64,000 nt of DNA. Source: a virus. The position numbers were made by a program, and so were the translations under genes. Where the stretch lies: the IMG/VR virus record IMGVR_UViG_3300044632_001218. One strand, written 5' to 3'. This document shows positions 16,910 to 28,625 of this stretch, in pieces (the first letter of the stretch is position 1; each line of letters starts with the position of its first letter). Below the pieces are notes generated by a model. The model had not been told where the DNA came from, made no database searches, and saw nothing but the letters and a program-made list of their open reading frames with translations.

Positions 16910-19345
16910 ATGCCCATTAACGAAGTAGGAACAATATACACACCATCAATATATGGGAGAACTTCTTTTCCATTAAAGCATAAAACGTCTGCTATTTTTT
17001 ATAAAATTTTTAATTCAGAAGATTCTAGTACTGTAAACATAGTTCAAGATACAATCAATATTCCAAATCATTTTTTCAAAACAGGAGAACCATTAGCATA
17101 CAATGTTAATGATTCAAATACTGATACACCAATAGGAATTTCAACTTTAAGTCCTGGAGCTGGTGGAACAATTTCACAGTTTCCAAATATTGTTTATCCC
17201 ATAGTTATAGATAAAAATAATATTAGAGTGGCATTGGGAAGCACTTATGCATTAGCAAATGAGTATGTTAATATATCTTCTCTAGGAATAGGAACTGAAC
17301 ATTCACTTGAAGCATTTAAACAAAACTCAAAATGTCTAGTCTCAATTAATAATATCATCCAATCTCCAATATCAGTTGGTTCTACAGTTCAAGTATTGTC
17401 ATATACCCCCTCAAGTTTAGTATTAGAAAGTTTACGAAATATAAAATTAGGCACTTGTTTAAAAATTAATGATGAAATTGTTAGAATTTCTTCTGTAAAT
17501 TATGACACAAAAGAAGTATCTTTATCTAGAGGTCCTCAAGTTCTAGGAACAAATACTAATTTGTTCACAAATTCACTTGTTGGAAGTTATATTGACGTTT
17601 TGTCTGGCAATTATAATATTATAAAAGACATCATTTATTTTGATGAACCTCCTTTAGAAGGTAGAAAAATAAATTACAGAATCCCATCTTCAGACATTGT
17701 TTATAGTAATTACAGTTTCAATTTACTTACTGATATTTTACAGACTGGGAGTCAAGTTTTAGTAATTTGGTCAAATCCTCCACAAGAAATTCCTACACAA
17801 AAGTTTTATTATTTAATTAAGAATAGTGAAAATAACTTTAGTTTTGCAGAAAATTTTGCCAATGCTATTAATGATGTAAAAGTTACATTTTCAAATATTT
17901 CTGATAATGAATTTCCAGTAAGTAATTTTGAAGTTGTTTTCTTTTATCCAAGTGAAGAAAATAGTTTTAATGGAAGAGTTTTTCTAAGGTCAAATTACGA
18001 TGCAAATAACGTATTTGATGATGTTTCTGAACAATTTACAGGAATTTCCAGCTCTTTTGAATTGAAAATTTCTGGAATTAGTACAGTTGGCATATCAAGT
18101 GATAATGGTATTTTATTAGTAAATAATATTTTCCAATATCCAGGTTCTAATGAAGCATTTTCTTTTTCTGAAACTGCATCAGAAACATTTGTAAATTTTG
18201 TTGGGTTTGGAACAACAGGATTCACTGGAAAAGATTATGATGTAAATGTTAAAGGATATCCAAGAGGTGGAATTATTGTTTCTTATGGGACAACCTCAGG
18301 AGGCAGTTATCAACTTTCTACTTCTTACTATAATGTTCCAGTAACTGGTTCAATTTCTGGAATAGGTGCATCAGTATCATTTAACACTGACGAATATGGA
18401 AATGTAAAAGAATTTAAGTTTACCAATCGAGGATACAATTACAAAGTTGGTGAAATTTTAATTCCCACAAATGCTACTGGACTTGGAACTCAAACTTCAA
18501 ATGATAAAATTCACATTACAATCAATGAAGTTACCAAAGATACATTTAATGCTTGGAATATTGGAATATTAGAAAAATTAGATGATTTGAGTGATAAGGT
18601 AAATGGTGTCAGAAGAACTTTTGACATTACAAAAAATAGTCAAAGAATTAGCTTAGATACTGAATCTGAATCTGAAGTAGAACTTCAATATAATCTATTA
18701 ATCTTTGTCAATGATGTTCTTCAAATTCCAAATTCTTCATACATTTTCAATAGTGGTTCAATTATTACATTTACAGAACCTATCCCTACAGGAAGTAATG
18801 TAAAGGTTTATTTTTATAGAGGGTATACAAATGACTCTTTCAATTCTGATGATGCATCTAAATTAAAAGAAGGCGATTCACTTGTTCTTCTTCAGGACAT
18901 TTACAATCCACCACCACTTGAACAAAATGATAGAATTATTAAACAATTTGTTAGTGCTGATGTTTTAAGAACTAATATTTACTCTGATCTTGGATTGTCT
19001 GAAAATTCTTCCCAACTTAGGTCTATAACATGGACACCACAAAAGAAAGATTTAATTATTGACGGAACTTTTGTAAGTAAGTCTAGAGATGAACAAAATT
19101 CTGGAATAACATCTTTTACTAAAATTGCAACATATGTGGGCACATTTTCTGGAGTTAGCACTAATACAATTGGCGTTACTACAACCAGCATTTTAATTGG
19201 AGACTATGTAGAGGGTACTTATGTTGGAACAGGGGTTTCAATTGTATCAATTGGATCATCTATTATTGGGATAGGTTCTACAAGTTATTCATCTTCTCCA
19301 GTTGGAGTTAATACATCATTACTCTCATTCTACAGAAAATCATAA
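16910..19345 (+). CDS. Virion structural (baseplate-associated) protein
   Basis: Between gp7-like and gp8; late promoter; GIST/GIGT-rich composition. Confidence 0.75.
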   Translation: MPINEVGTIYTPSIYGRTSFPLKHKTSAIFYKIFNSEDSSTVNIVQDTINIPNHFFKTGEPLAYNVNDSNTDTPIGISTLSPGAGGTISQFPNIVYPIVIDKNNIRVALGSTYALANEYVNISSLGIGTEHSLEAFKQNSKCLVSINNIIQSPISVGSTVQVLSYTPSSLVLESLRNIKLGTCLKINDEIVRISSVNYDTKEVSLSRGPQVLGTNTNLFTNSLVGSYIDVLSGNYNIIKDIIYFDEPPLEGRKINYRIPSSDIVYSNYSFNLLTDILQTGSQVLVIWSNPPQEIPTQKFYYLIKNSENNFSFAENFANAINDVKVTFSNISDNEFPVSNFEVVFFYPSEENSFNGRVFLRSNYDANNVFDDVSEQFTGISSSFELKISGISTVGISSDNGILLVNNIFQYPGSNEAFSFSETASETFVNFVGFGTTGFTGKDYDVNVKGYPRGGIIVSYGTTSGGSYQLSTSYYNVPVTGSISGIGASVSFNTDEYGNVKEFKFTNRGYNYKVGEILIPTNATGLGTQTSNDKIHITINEVTKDTFNAWNIGILEKLDDLSDKVNGVRRTFDITKNSQRISLDTESESEVELQYNLLIFVNDVLQIPNSSYIFNSGSIITFTEPIPTGSNVKVYFYRGYTNDSFNSDDASKLKEGDSLVLLQDIYNPPPLEQNDRIIKQFVSADVLRTNIYSDLGLSENSSQLRSITWTPQKKDLIIDGTFVSKSRDEQNSGITSFTKIATYVGTFSGVSTNTIGVTTTSILIGDYVEGTYVGTGVSIVSIGSSIIGIGSTSYSSSPVGVNTSLLSFYRKS

Positions 19346-19351
19346 TAAATA
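19344..19351 (+). promoter_or_regulatory. T4-type late promoter (AATAAATA)
   Basis: Consensus match upstream of gp8. Confidence 0.7.
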
Positions 19352-19370
19352 ACATAAAATACAGATTCAA

Positions 19371-20912
19371 ATGGCAGTAATAACTGACAAATTAAGGATA
19401 ATAAATTGCTCTAATTTTGTAAGTGATATTGGGAATGGTAACTACTATACATTCATTGGATTTCCAAACGCAGATTCTCTTTATCCAAGTTGGGATTCTT
19501 CTAGACCAAATCCAACTGACAATTACTTATATTTAAATTCTTATAGAGATAATATTTTAGGTGTCAAAAAAATAACCTCATCTGATGTTATTAGAGTAAT
19601 TCCAAAAATTGTTTGGTCAAGTGGTAAAAAATATGAGATGTATAGGCATGATTATAGTGTTTATAATACATCACCAGTAACGTCTTCTACAAGACTGTAT
19701 GATTCTTCTTATTATGTAATGAATAGAGATTATAGAGTTTACATCTGTATCAACAATAATTCTTTACCATCTAACAATAACACTGGTGCTATCTCTACTC
19801 AAGAACCATTACATACTGATTTGACACCAAGATTAGAGTCTGATGGGTACATGTGGAAATATTTGTATACATTGTCTCCAGCAGATGTTTTGAAATTTGA
19901 CTCTACCAATTATATAAGTGTTCCAAATAATTGGGAAACTGAAGGTCTCAATGCTGAAATTGATAGAATTAGAGATAACTCAGTAGATGGAAAAATTGAA
20001 ACAGTTTTAGTAGAATATAATGCAGTAAATTATCCATTCTTTGGCACATTATCTAATGTTCCCATCAGGGGGGATGGAACTGGAGCAACAGCTTCTGTAG
20101 TTTTTGATGAACAAGGAAAACCTATTAATGTAATTGTGACTAATGGTGGTAGTGGTTATACATTTGCAACCTTAGACTTAGATTCTATTTTAGCACCAAT
20201 TGGAGCACAAAAAGCAATTTTTAATGTAATAATTTCCCCACCAGGAGGTCATGGTGCAAACATTTATAATGAACTTGGTGCTTTTAGGGCATTGGTTTAT
20301 AGTAGAATTGAAAATGATACAATAAATCCAGATTTTATTATTGGAAATCAATTTTCAAGAGTTGGAATTATAAAGGATGTAAAATTAAATGGGAGTAATG
20401 AGGTGTTTACCCCAAACACAGGTTCTGGTGTTTATGCCTTTAGAATAAATGAAGATGCTTCTGCAGAAACATATGATTCTATAATTACTCAAACAAACAC
20501 AGGAGCTATTGGAAATTTAGTTAGTTTTGATAACACAACTAAAGTATTGAGATATATTCAACCCAGAAATAATAATATTGACACTTACTCTGTCCCTCCA
20601 AATATTCAAATTGATTATCATTTTGCAGATAGTGTATCTGGAATTCAAACTGCAACACAATATGCATTAAATGATTTTGATAATAGTACATTAACTATTG
20701 GAGGAAATTCATATACAATAAACACAGGGTACACTGGAAATGAAGTTGATATTGGAGGAACAATATATTATCTTGGACAATCATTCAATGGAGGTCTATC
20801 AAATCCAGACATAAATATAAAGAGTGGTGATGTTGTTTATGTTGATAATAGGGCTTCAGTAACTCGATCATCACAACAACGAGAAGATATTAAAATCATT
20901 TTAGAATTCTAA
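19371..20912 (+). CDS. gp8: Baseplate wedge subunit gp8
   Basis: W.SG..Y.MYRHDY, YYVMN.DYRVYICI.N, DGYMWKYLY and GDVVYVDNR motifs. Confidence 0.92.
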   Translation: MAVITDKLRIINCSNFVSDIGNGNYYTFIGFPNADSLYPSWDSSRPNPTDNYLYLNSYRDNILGVKKITSSDVIRVIPKIVWSSGKKYEMYRHDYSVYNTSPVTSSTRLYDSSYYVMNRDYRVYICINNNSLPSNNNTGAISTQEPLHTDLTPRLESDGYMWKYLYTLSPADVLKFDSTNYISVPNNWETEGLNAEIDRIRDNSVDGKIETVLVEYNAVNYPFFGTLSNVPIRGDGTGATASVVFDEQGKPINVIVTNGGSGYTFATLDLDSILAPIGAQKAIFNVIISPPGGHGANIYNELGAFRALVYSRIENDTINPDFIIGNQFSRVGIIKDVKLNGSNEVFTPNTGSGVYAFRINEDASAETYDSIITQTNTGAIGNLVSFDNTTKVLRYIQPRNNNIDTYSVPPNIQIDYHFADSVSGIQTATQYALNDFDNSTLTIGGNSYTINTGYTGNEVDIGGTIYYLGQSFNGGLSNPDINIKSGDVVYVDNRASVTRSSQQREDIKIILEF

Positions 20913-20916
20913 AAAA

Positions 20917-23900
20917 ATGCCCCAAAGTACTAATTTAAATAAAAATCCTTATTATGATGATTTTAGCGACTCTAAGAACTTTTATAAAGTTCTTTTTAAG
21001 CCTGGAGTCACTGTACAAACAAGAGAATTAACTACTCTCCAATCTATTTTACAAAATCAAGTTGAAAAACTTGGAAGTGCATTTTTTAAGAAAAACACTG
21101 TAGTTGTTCCTGGTGGATTTGCATATGACTCTACATTTTATTCTGTAGAAATTGAAGGTTCTTACAAAGGAATTGATGTAGAAAATTATTTTAGCAAACT
21201 TGTAGGAACAACTCTTACTGGAAGAACTTCAAACGTAACTGCTAAAGTAGAAAAAGTTCTTTCTAGACAAGATTCTATTAGAAACAACACAACACTGTAT
21301 ATAAAATATCAATCTTCATCATCTGAAAATTTTACTTCTAATATTTTTTCAGATGGAGAAGAATTAACAATAAATCAAAATATTACTTTTGATAGTGGTT
21401 CTATTTTAAGTGGGTCTTCAGTAGCCAAAACTATTGCACCAACAAACAGAAAATCTACTTCAATAGCATCAGCAGCAAAAATAGACTCTGGAGTTTATTT
21501 CGTAAGAGGATATTTTGTTAATGTTTCTACGGATACTCTTGTTTTAGACCAATATTCAAATACCCCCTCTTATAGAGTAGGATTAAATATTAGCGAAGAA
21601 ATTATAAATGCTAATCAGGATTCTTCTTTATATGATAATGCTCAAGGTTTTTCAAACTTTGCTGCTCCTGGTGCAGATAGGTTAAAAATATCTTTAAGTT
21701 TATCTAAAAAATCATTAACTGATTTTAATGACGAAAATTTCATAGAACTCTTTAGAGTTGTAAATGGAAATTTACGTAAAATAAAAAATGAAACAGATAG
21801 TTCATATATTACTGACATTTTAGCAAGAAGAACTTTTGATGAATCTGGAAATTATTATGTCAACCCATTTAATGTAGAATCTATAGATTCTTTAAATGAT
21901 AATTTAGGTAATGGTGGATTGTATTCTGAAGGAGAATCAACAGAAAATGGAATAATTCCAGCAGAAGAAACTGGGATCATCAAAGTTTCTGCTGGTAAAG
22001 CTTATGTTCAAGGATATGAAATTCCAACCACTACTGAAGTTTTATCTTTCCCCAAACCAAGAACAACTGCTCATGTAGAATCATCATCAGCAGTATTTTC
22101 TACTGGAAATCTTTTGAGGGTCAATAATGTAAAAAATATTCCAAACATTGGATTAACAACAGATTTTACTATTTCATTATATGATCAAAGACTTTCTGCT
22201 AATGTTGCTTCTGGGACAACAATTGGAGTAGCAAGAGTTTATGATTTCTCATCTTATATAACTTCATACGAAAATCAAGCAAGTCAATTTAATTTACATG
22301 CATTTGATATTCAAGTTTACAGCAAAATTGACACAGACTCACCCCTAACATCAATTGTTGTAGGCGATTATATCAAGGGAAATAATAGTGGTTCAACAGG
22401 ATTTGTTAAGACTAATTCTGGACAAACACTAACACTATATCAAGTTTCTGGACAATTCATTCAAAATGAATCTTTAATAGTCAATGGTATTGGTTCTACA
22501 GTTGCAGTTGGAACATTTACTAATTATTCTGTAGATGACATTAAAGCAGTATCAAATGGAACTTTTGTTGCTGATTCTTTACTTTCCAAAGAAGTAGTTT
22601 TAACTGGACCATTTTCTCTTTCTGTTGATGCTGGTGTTGGTACAATTAGATCAAACAACGGTTCATCATTTGCATCAAATTTAAAAGTAGCAGATATAGT
22701 CAAATATCCTCAAGTTGGTGTTGGTTCTGATATTTTTGCAAAAATTACATCAATTAATGCAACAAAAAATCAAATTGTTTTAGCAACTACATCAACTGTT
22801 CCTAATGTTTGTTCTGGCGATCTTGGAATCAGCACTTCTCTTCAAACAGTTTCTGTAATCAAATCCCAACTAATACAAACAGACGACCCTTCATTAACAA
22901 CTAATTTAAACAACAACAATATTGCTAATGTAGATTTCTTAAATTCAAATATTTACACCAAAGTTTCATATAACTCAGTAACAAAATCATCTACTACATT
23001 AACATTACCAAGTCTTTCTGGAACTGATTATGTGTATTCTACATTTAATCCAGAAAGATATATTGTAGTTAATGTAGATGGTTCAATAGAAAATTTAACC
23101 ACTGCAACTTTTACAATAACTGGTGGTGGCAAAAATGCAGAGTTTACAAATCTTTCTGCAACTGCAGGTCCATGCAAAGTCATTACGACACAAATTAAAT
23201 CTAATGTAAGTCAAAAGTCTAAAAAACTTACAAGATGTGCTTCATTAACTATTAATAAAACAAAATACACTACACCCCCAAATGCTGGTCTTGCTCAAAC
23301 TAGTGTTTATGGAACAAGAGTTGAAGATGATCAAATAAGTTTGAATACTTCTGATATTATCCAAGTTCATGGTGTCTTTGAATCTTCTTCCACTTCCAAT
23401 CCAACTCTTTCTTGGCTTGAACTTTCAGGATTGAATAGCACAAACAGTAGTGTTGATGATTTGATTGTAGGAGAACTAGTTATTGGTGCCACATCTGGAG
23501 CAGTAGCATTATATGCTCAAAAGAAATCTGCAGCTAGAATTGATATCATTTACAAAAATGATTCTGTCTTTGCTTTAGGCGAAACTGTTACTTTTTCAGA
23601 AAGTGGTTATACTGCAACCACTGCATCAATTAATGCTGGGGATAAAAATATTGTCAATGAATTTATATTAGATAATGGACAAAGAACTCACTTTTATGAT
23701 TTTGGTAGATTAATTAGAAAAGAATCATCAAAAGAACCATCTGGAAGATTGACAATTTTCTTTGATCAATTTACTTACAATACTAATGACTATGGGGATT
23801 TAGTAGCAGTTAATAGCTATCCAACAACTCTTACTAAAAAATTAATCCCAGAGTTTGATGGATTAAGAAATACTGATGTTTTAGATGTTAGACCAAGAGT

Positions 23901-26900
23901 TACAAATTACTCTTCGTCTACTATAAGTCCTTTTGATTTTGCTTCAAGAACTTTTACAACTTCATCAAATAACCCAACACAAATTTTATCACCAAATGAA
24001 AGTTTTGTATTCGATTATGATTTTTACTTACCAAGAATTGATAAACTAACTCTTTCCAAAAATGGTGATTTTAATTTAGTTCTTGGAGATCCAAGCGAAG
24101 TCCCAATTCAACCACCAATATCATCTGATGTTTTAGATTTAGCAACAATAGTTAGTGATGCATATGTTTATAACATTAGTGAAGATGTAGACATAATTCT
24201 TTCTGATCACAGAAGATTTACTATGTCTGATATCAGAGACATTGAAAATAGAGTATCTAATTTAGAATTTTATACTACTCTCTCTTTGTTAGAATCTTCC
24301 ACACAAAACTTACTTGTTGTTGATGGGAATGGATTAAATAGATTTAAATCTGGATTTTTTGTAGATGAGTTTAATAATTATGATACTTCAGATGCTGATG
24401 ACTTAAACTTTGATGCATTGATTGAAAATAAAACTTTAAGTGCTACTACAAACGAAGAAAGAATTGATTTATCTTTGTTTAGCACAGATGATTATACTGC
24501 AATTTCAAATATAAATCTCAACAATACTAACTGTAGTAATTTAAGATTGACAGGAACAAAATTATCCTTAAATTATTCTGAAGTAGAATCATCAAAGCAA
24601 CCATTTGCAAGTAAAGTTGTAAATGTAAACCCATTTAATATTGTTACTTGGTCTGGAATTTTAGAATTAAGTCCAAATACTGACACTTGGTCAATTGTTG
24701 TAAACAGAACCAGAAGGGTAAGAGGACGTTTTGGTGGAATATCTATTAGAATTATTAACACCTTTCCATTCATAAGAATAGAAAGAAACAGAGGGGGAGT
24801 TGAAACTACTGTCACTTCAATCCCATTCATAAGAACCAGAAATATTAATTTCACTGCTGCGAAATTAAAACCAAACACAAGATTTAAACTCCTTTTTGAT
24901 AAGAGAGATTTAACTACAAATACTTCAAAATCTGCAGTATTTCCAAAATTCATTGAAATAACTAATATTTCTGGAACTTTCCAAATTGGAGAAACTGTAA
25001 AATGTATTAATTCTAAAGGAACCACAGATTGTTCTTTTAGAATTTGTACACCAAATCACAAGTCAGGTCCTATAGATTCTCCATCAACAACATTTACATC
25101 TAACCCATATAACCCATCAGTTGGCATTTCAACTCAATATGGAGTTCAATCAACATTCTTGAATGTAGATACATCAACTTTATCAAGACAAGAAGTAAGT
25201 GAATTTTGGGGCAAAATCAATAAAGGAAATAAACTTGTAGGTTCTACAAGTAAAGCAAATGCTACTGTATCTGATGTTAGATTAATTACTGACAATGAAG
25301 GTGTTTTACTTGGAAGTATTTGGATTGATGAAAGTGATGAATTTAAAACTGGCCAAAGTTTAGTTGAAGTTGTTCCAAATACAACAACACAAAACCTTCC
25401 AGGAGAGTCTGTAGTTAATTCTGCATCTACATTATTTACATCTCAGGGTCAAAAAATAGACAACCTAACAGTGACATATTATGACCCATTGGCACAAACA
25501 TTCTTGGTAGAAGAAGAAAATGGGATTATCCCAACATCAGTTGATGTTTACTTTGCATCTAAAGATGATAATCTCCCAATTACATTAGAAATTAGAGAAG
25601 TGTCATTTGGAACTCCTGGAGGAACAGATAAGGTTGTTCCTGGATTGAGGAAAGTTTTATCTGCTTCACAAGTAAACATAAGCACTAATGCAAGTGTTGC
25701 AACTACATTTACATTTGATACTTTAACAAATCTTTCAGCAGGAGAATATTCAATAGTTCTTCTTTCAGATTCTTTAGAATATAATGTTTGGGTGTCTGAA
25801 CTTGGCGCAGAAGATATTTCTACTGTAAATCTCCCAACAGTAAATAAAATCTTTATCAGCAAACAACCATCTTTAGGAACCTTATTCAAATCTCAAAATG
25901 GAACTACTTGGGTTCCAAGTCCATTAGAAGATTTGAAATTCACTCTCAAAAAAGCAGAGTTTATAACCAGCGGAGGAACTGCAAGATTATATAATTCTAC
26001 AGTTTCATTGACAAGTCCAGAAAATAAACTTGCTGATAATCCAATAGTTGCAATTTCAACTGCTGGTCAAGTTGTGGGTGATGGTAGACATATTTTAGTA
26101 TTCCATCCAAATCATGGAATGCATTCTTCTTCAAATAAAGTTCAAATCACTGGCGTTCAGTCTGATGTTCTTCCAGAAAAACTAACAGTTTCCTATGCAA
26201 CCACAGACAGTGGTGCCATTTCAGTTGCAAGCACTGCTATCTTTACAACTTTTGAAGGAACTGCAGTCAGTGTAGCAAATCCAGGTTATGTTCAAATTTC
26301 AAATGAAATTATCAAATATGAAGATGTGGGAATTGACCAATTATTGAATGTTACAAGAGGTTTTTATGGAACAACTTTACAAAACCACAATATCAATGAT
26401 TTAGTTTATAAGTATGAATTCAATAATGTTTCCTTGAATAGAATCAATACAGAACACACCTTAATATCCAATCCAAATCCAACATTAAACAATTATTATA
26501 TTCAAGTTAGTGCAGGGTCTTCATTCACCCAAACAAAACTTGGTGGTGGAGAAAATGTCTATGCAACTAAGAATAAGCAATTTAGCGAACTTACTTTCAA
26601 TGATAGATTTATTGAAAGATTTAACAATACACAAGTATCAGCATCTGTAAGAACTATCACATCTACAAGTGTTGATGGTAGTGAAGTGTCATTTATTGAT
26701 AGTGGTTCTCAAACTGTAGGAATTAGTAGTATCAATAATTTAGAAACTCCAAGAATGGTTGCATCTAGAGTAAATGAAACCACTTACCTAAATGCCACAA
26801 ACTTTGCTGGTAGTAGATCATTTACTTTAGAGTTGAATCTTAGCACAAATGACCAAAATGTTTCTCCACTGATAGATTTAACACAAAACTTTGCAATTGG

Positions 26901-27375
26901 TAAAATTTATAATATTAATCAACCAGTTGGTCTGTCATCTTATGCATCTGACAATAGAGCAAACTCAAATACAGATGATTCTCATGATTTTGCATATGTG
27001 TCAAACAGGGTGAACTTAGAGCAAAGTGCAGATTCTCTCAAAGTTCTGTTCTCTGCTTATAGACACTCATCATCTGATGTAAGAGTTCTTTATAAGATTT
27101 TTACAAATGATACTCCAGATAATGAACAAATTTGGAATTTGTTCCCAGGCTATGATAATTTGGATGTTAATGGAAATGTAATTAATTCTGATAATAATGA
27201 TGGAAGGTCTGATTTAAATGTTAGAAGTAGTTTGAATGGTGAATATTTAGATTATACTTTTACAATTGACAACTTACCATCATTTACTGGATTCCAAATT
27301 AAAATTCTTGGAACTGGAACAAATCAAGCATACTCACCATTAATTAGAGAATTGAGAGCAATTGCATTGAGATGA
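20917..27375 (+). CDS. Large virion structural protein, DUF4815/VrlC-like (2152 aa)
   Basis: MPQ.TNLN..PYYDDF...NFYKVLFKPG..VQ.RELT.LQS, APGADRLKI, LARRT.DESG.Y and DPLAQTF motifs. Confidence 0.85.
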   Translation: MPQSTNLNKNPYYDDFSDSKNFYKVLFKPGVTVQTRELTTLQSILQNQVEKLGSAFFKKNTVVVPGGFAYDSTFYSVEIEGSYKGIDVENYFSKLVGTTLTGRTSNVTAKVEKVLSRQDSIRNNTTLYIKYQSSSSENFTSNIFSDGEELTINQNITFDSGSILSGSSVAKTIAPTNRKSTSIASAAKIDSGVYFVRGYFVNVSTDTLVLDQYSNTPSYRVGLNISEEIINANQDSSLYDNAQGFSNFAAPGADRLKISLSLSKKSLTDFNDENFIELFRVVNGNLRKIKNETDSSYITDILARRTFDESGNYYVNPFNVESIDSLNDNLGNGGLYSEGESTENGIIPAEETGIIKVSAGKAYVQGYEIPTTTEVLSFPKPRTTAHVESSSAVFSTGNLLRVNNVKNIPNIGLTTDFTISLYDQRLSANVASGTTIGVARVYDFSSYITSYENQASQFNLHAFDIQVYSKIDTDSPLTSIVVGDYIKGNNSGSTGFVKTNSGQTLTLYQVSGQFIQNESLIVNGIGSTVAVGTFTNYSVDDIKAVSNGTFVADSLLSKEVVLTGPFSLSVDAGVGTIRSNNGSSFASNLKVADIVKYPQVGVGSDIFAKITSINATKNQIVLATTSTVPNVCSGDLGISTSLQTVSVIKSQLIQTDDPSLTTNLNNNNIANVDFLNSNIYTKVSYNSVTKSSTTLTLPSLSGTDYVYSTFNPERYIVVNVDGSIENLTTATFTITGGGKNAEFTNLSATAGPCKVITTQIKSNVSQKSKKLTRCASLTINKTKYTTPPNAGLAQTSVYGTRVEDDQISLNTSDIIQVHGVFESSSTSNPTLSWLELSGLNSTNSSVDDLIVGELVIGATSGAVALYAQKKSAARIDIIYKNDSVFALGETVTFSESGYTATTASINAGDKNIVNEFILDNGQRTHFYDFGRLIRKESSKEPSGRLTIFFDQFTYNTNDYGDLVAVNSYPTTLTKKLIPEFDGLRNTDVLDVRPRVTNYSSSTISPFDFASRTFTTSSNNPTQILSPNESFVFDYDFYLPRIDKLTLSKNGDFNLVLGDPSEVPIQPPISSDVLDLATIVSDAYVYNISEDVDIILSDHRRFTMSDIRDIENRVSNLEFYTTLSLLESSTQNLLVVDGNGLNRFKSGFFVDEFNNYDTSDADDLNFDALIENKTLSATTNEERIDLSLFSTDDYTAISNINLNNTNCSNLRLTGTKLSLNYSEVESSKQPFASKVVNVNPFNIVTWSGILELSPNTDTWSIVVNRTRRVRGRFGGISIRIINTFPFIRIERNRGGVETTVTSIPFIRTRNINFTAAKLKPNTRFKLLFDKRDLTTNTSKSAVFPKFIEITNISGTFQIGETVKCINSKGTTDCSFRICTPNHKSGPIDSPSTTFTSNPYNPSVGISTQYGVQSTFLNVDTSTLSRQEVSEFWGKINKGNKLVGSTSKANATVSDVRLITDNEGVLLGSIWIDESDEFKTGQSLVEVVPNTTTQNLPGESVVNSASTLFTSQGQKIDNLTVTYYDPLAQTFLVEEENGIIPTSVDVYFASKDDNLPITLEIREVSFGTPGGTDKVVPGLRKVLSASQVNISTNASVATTFTFDTLTNLSAGEYSIVLLSDSLEYNVWVSELGAEDISTVNLPTVNKIFISKQPSLGTLFKSQNGTTWVPSPLEDLKFTLKKAEFITSGGTARLYNSTVSLTSPENKLADNPIVAISTAGQVVGDGRHILVFHPNHGMHSSSNKVQITGVQSDVLPEKLTVSYATTDSGAISVASTAIFTTFEGTAVSVANPGYVQISNEIIKYEDVGIDQLLNVTRGFYGTTLQNHNINDLVYKYEFNNVSLNRINTEHTLISNPNPTLNNYYIQVSAGSSFTQTKLGGGENVYATKNKQFSELTFNDRFIERFNNTQVSASVRTITSTSVDGSEVSFIDSGSQTVGISSINNLETPRMVASRVNETTYLNATNFAGSRSFTLELNLSTNDQNVSPLIDLTQNFAIGKIYNINQPVGLSSYASDNRANSNTDDSHDFAYVSNRVNLEQSADSLKVLFSAYRHSSSDVRVLYKIFTNDTPDNEQIWNLFPGYDNLDVNGNVINSDNNDGRSDLNVRSSLNGEYLDYTFTIDNLPSFTGFQIKILGTGTNQAYSPLIRELRAIALR

Positions 27376-27605
27376 TAAAAAAATACGCTAAGGTTGAAGG
27401 ACATCCCAATCTTTTGAGGGATTTGTCTACAAATGCAATAGTTAATACAGATAAAATTGGATTTGATAATTATACTTTAGCAAAAAGAAAAAGACAAGAT
27501 GAGCAAAAAAGAATTGATAATATTGAAGAATCTATATCTGAACTTAAATCTTCACTTGAAGATATTAAACAATTATTGAGGAAAGTTGCAAATGAATCCC
27601 AATGA
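27372..27605 (+). CDS. Conserved hypothetical protein with coiled-coil C-terminus
   Basis: KVEGHPNLLRD..TNAIVN motif; synteny before gp13. Confidence 0.75.
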   Translation: MIKKYAKVEGHPNLLRDLSTNAIVNTDKIGFDNYTLAKRKRQDEQKRIDNIEESISELKSSLEDIKQLLRKVANESQ

Positions 27606-27777
27606 ACTTAATCTAGAAACTGTTTCAAAACTTTTTGAATTTGAAAAAATTTCCAGAGAAATAGATTCTTGCACTAATATTGATTTGCTCAAAAATCTTT
27701 GCAAATGTTATGTAAAACTTTATATGAAACAAGAAGAAGTTGTATCTTCTTTAGGATTACCAAATCTAAATAACTAA
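27592..27777 (+). CDS. Conserved small hypothetical protein
   Basis: LETVSKLFEFEKISREID motif; ATG 27592. Confidence 0.7.
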   Translation: MNPNELNLETVSKLFEFEKISREIDSCTNIDLLKNLCKCYVKLYMKQEEVVSSLGLPNLNN

Positions 27778-27790
27778 AAAGAGCACAATA

Positions 27791-28621
27791 ATGGCTAAAC
27801 CAGCATCAAGACAAGAACTTATTGATTATGCCTTAAGGCAACTTGGTGCCCCTGTATTGGAAATCAATGTTTCTGAAGAGCAAATTGATGACAGATTAGA
27901 TGATGCTTTGCAGTATTTTAATGAGAGGCATTTTGATGGTGTTGAAAAAATGTTTCTTAAGTATAAAATTACTCAAGATGATATTGATAGGGGAAGGTCT
28001 AGAGGTGGTAGTAAAAATGTAGGTATAGTTACAACTACAGTTACAACTGGACTGGGGTCATTTAATTGGGAAGAAAACTCAAATTATATTCCAGTTCCTG
28101 ATACAATTGTTGGTATAGAAAGAATCTTTAAGTTAGATAACAGAACAATCACATCTAATTTATTCAATGTAAACTATCAGTTATTTTTAAATGATATTTA
28201 CTGGTTTAGCTCTACTGAACTTTTGAATTATTATGTAACAAAAAGATATCTTGAAGATATTGATTGGATTGTAAATCCACAAAGACAAATTAGATTTAAT
28301 AAGAGACAGAACAGATTATACTTGGATATGAGTTGGGATGCTGTTACTGTAAATAATTATCTTATAATGGAATGTTATAGAATATTGGACCCCAATAATT
28401 ATATAAAAGTTTATAATGATTCTTTCTTGAAACTTTATTTTACTGCATTACTCAAAAGGCAATGGGGTCAAAATTTAATTAAATTCAATGGCGTAAAACT
28501 TCCTGGTGGAATTGAACTGAATGGAAGACAAATCTATGATGATGCAGTGAAGGAACTGGAAGACATTAGAATGAGAATGCTTAGTGAGTTTGAGACTGCA
28601 CCCTTTGACCTTATTGGTTAA
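27791..28621 (+). CDS. gp13: Neck protein gp13
   Basis: MAKPASRQELIDYALRQLGAPVLEINV, QWGQNLIKF.GVKLPGG motifs. Confidence 0.95.
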   Translation: MAKPASRQELIDYALRQLGAPVLEINVSEEQIDDRLDDALQYFNERHFDGVEKMFLKYKITQDDIDRGRSRGGSKNVGIVTTTVTTGLGSFNWEENSNYIPVPDTIVGIERIFKLDNRTITSNLFNVNYQLFLNDIYWFSSTELLNYYVTKRYLEDIDWIVNPQRQIRFNKRQNRLYLDMSWDAVTVNNYLIMECYRILDPNNYIKVYNDSFLKLYFTALLKRQWGQNLIKFNGVKLPGGIELNGRQIYDDAVKELEDIRMRMLSEFETAPFDLIG

Positions 28622-28625
28622 TATT

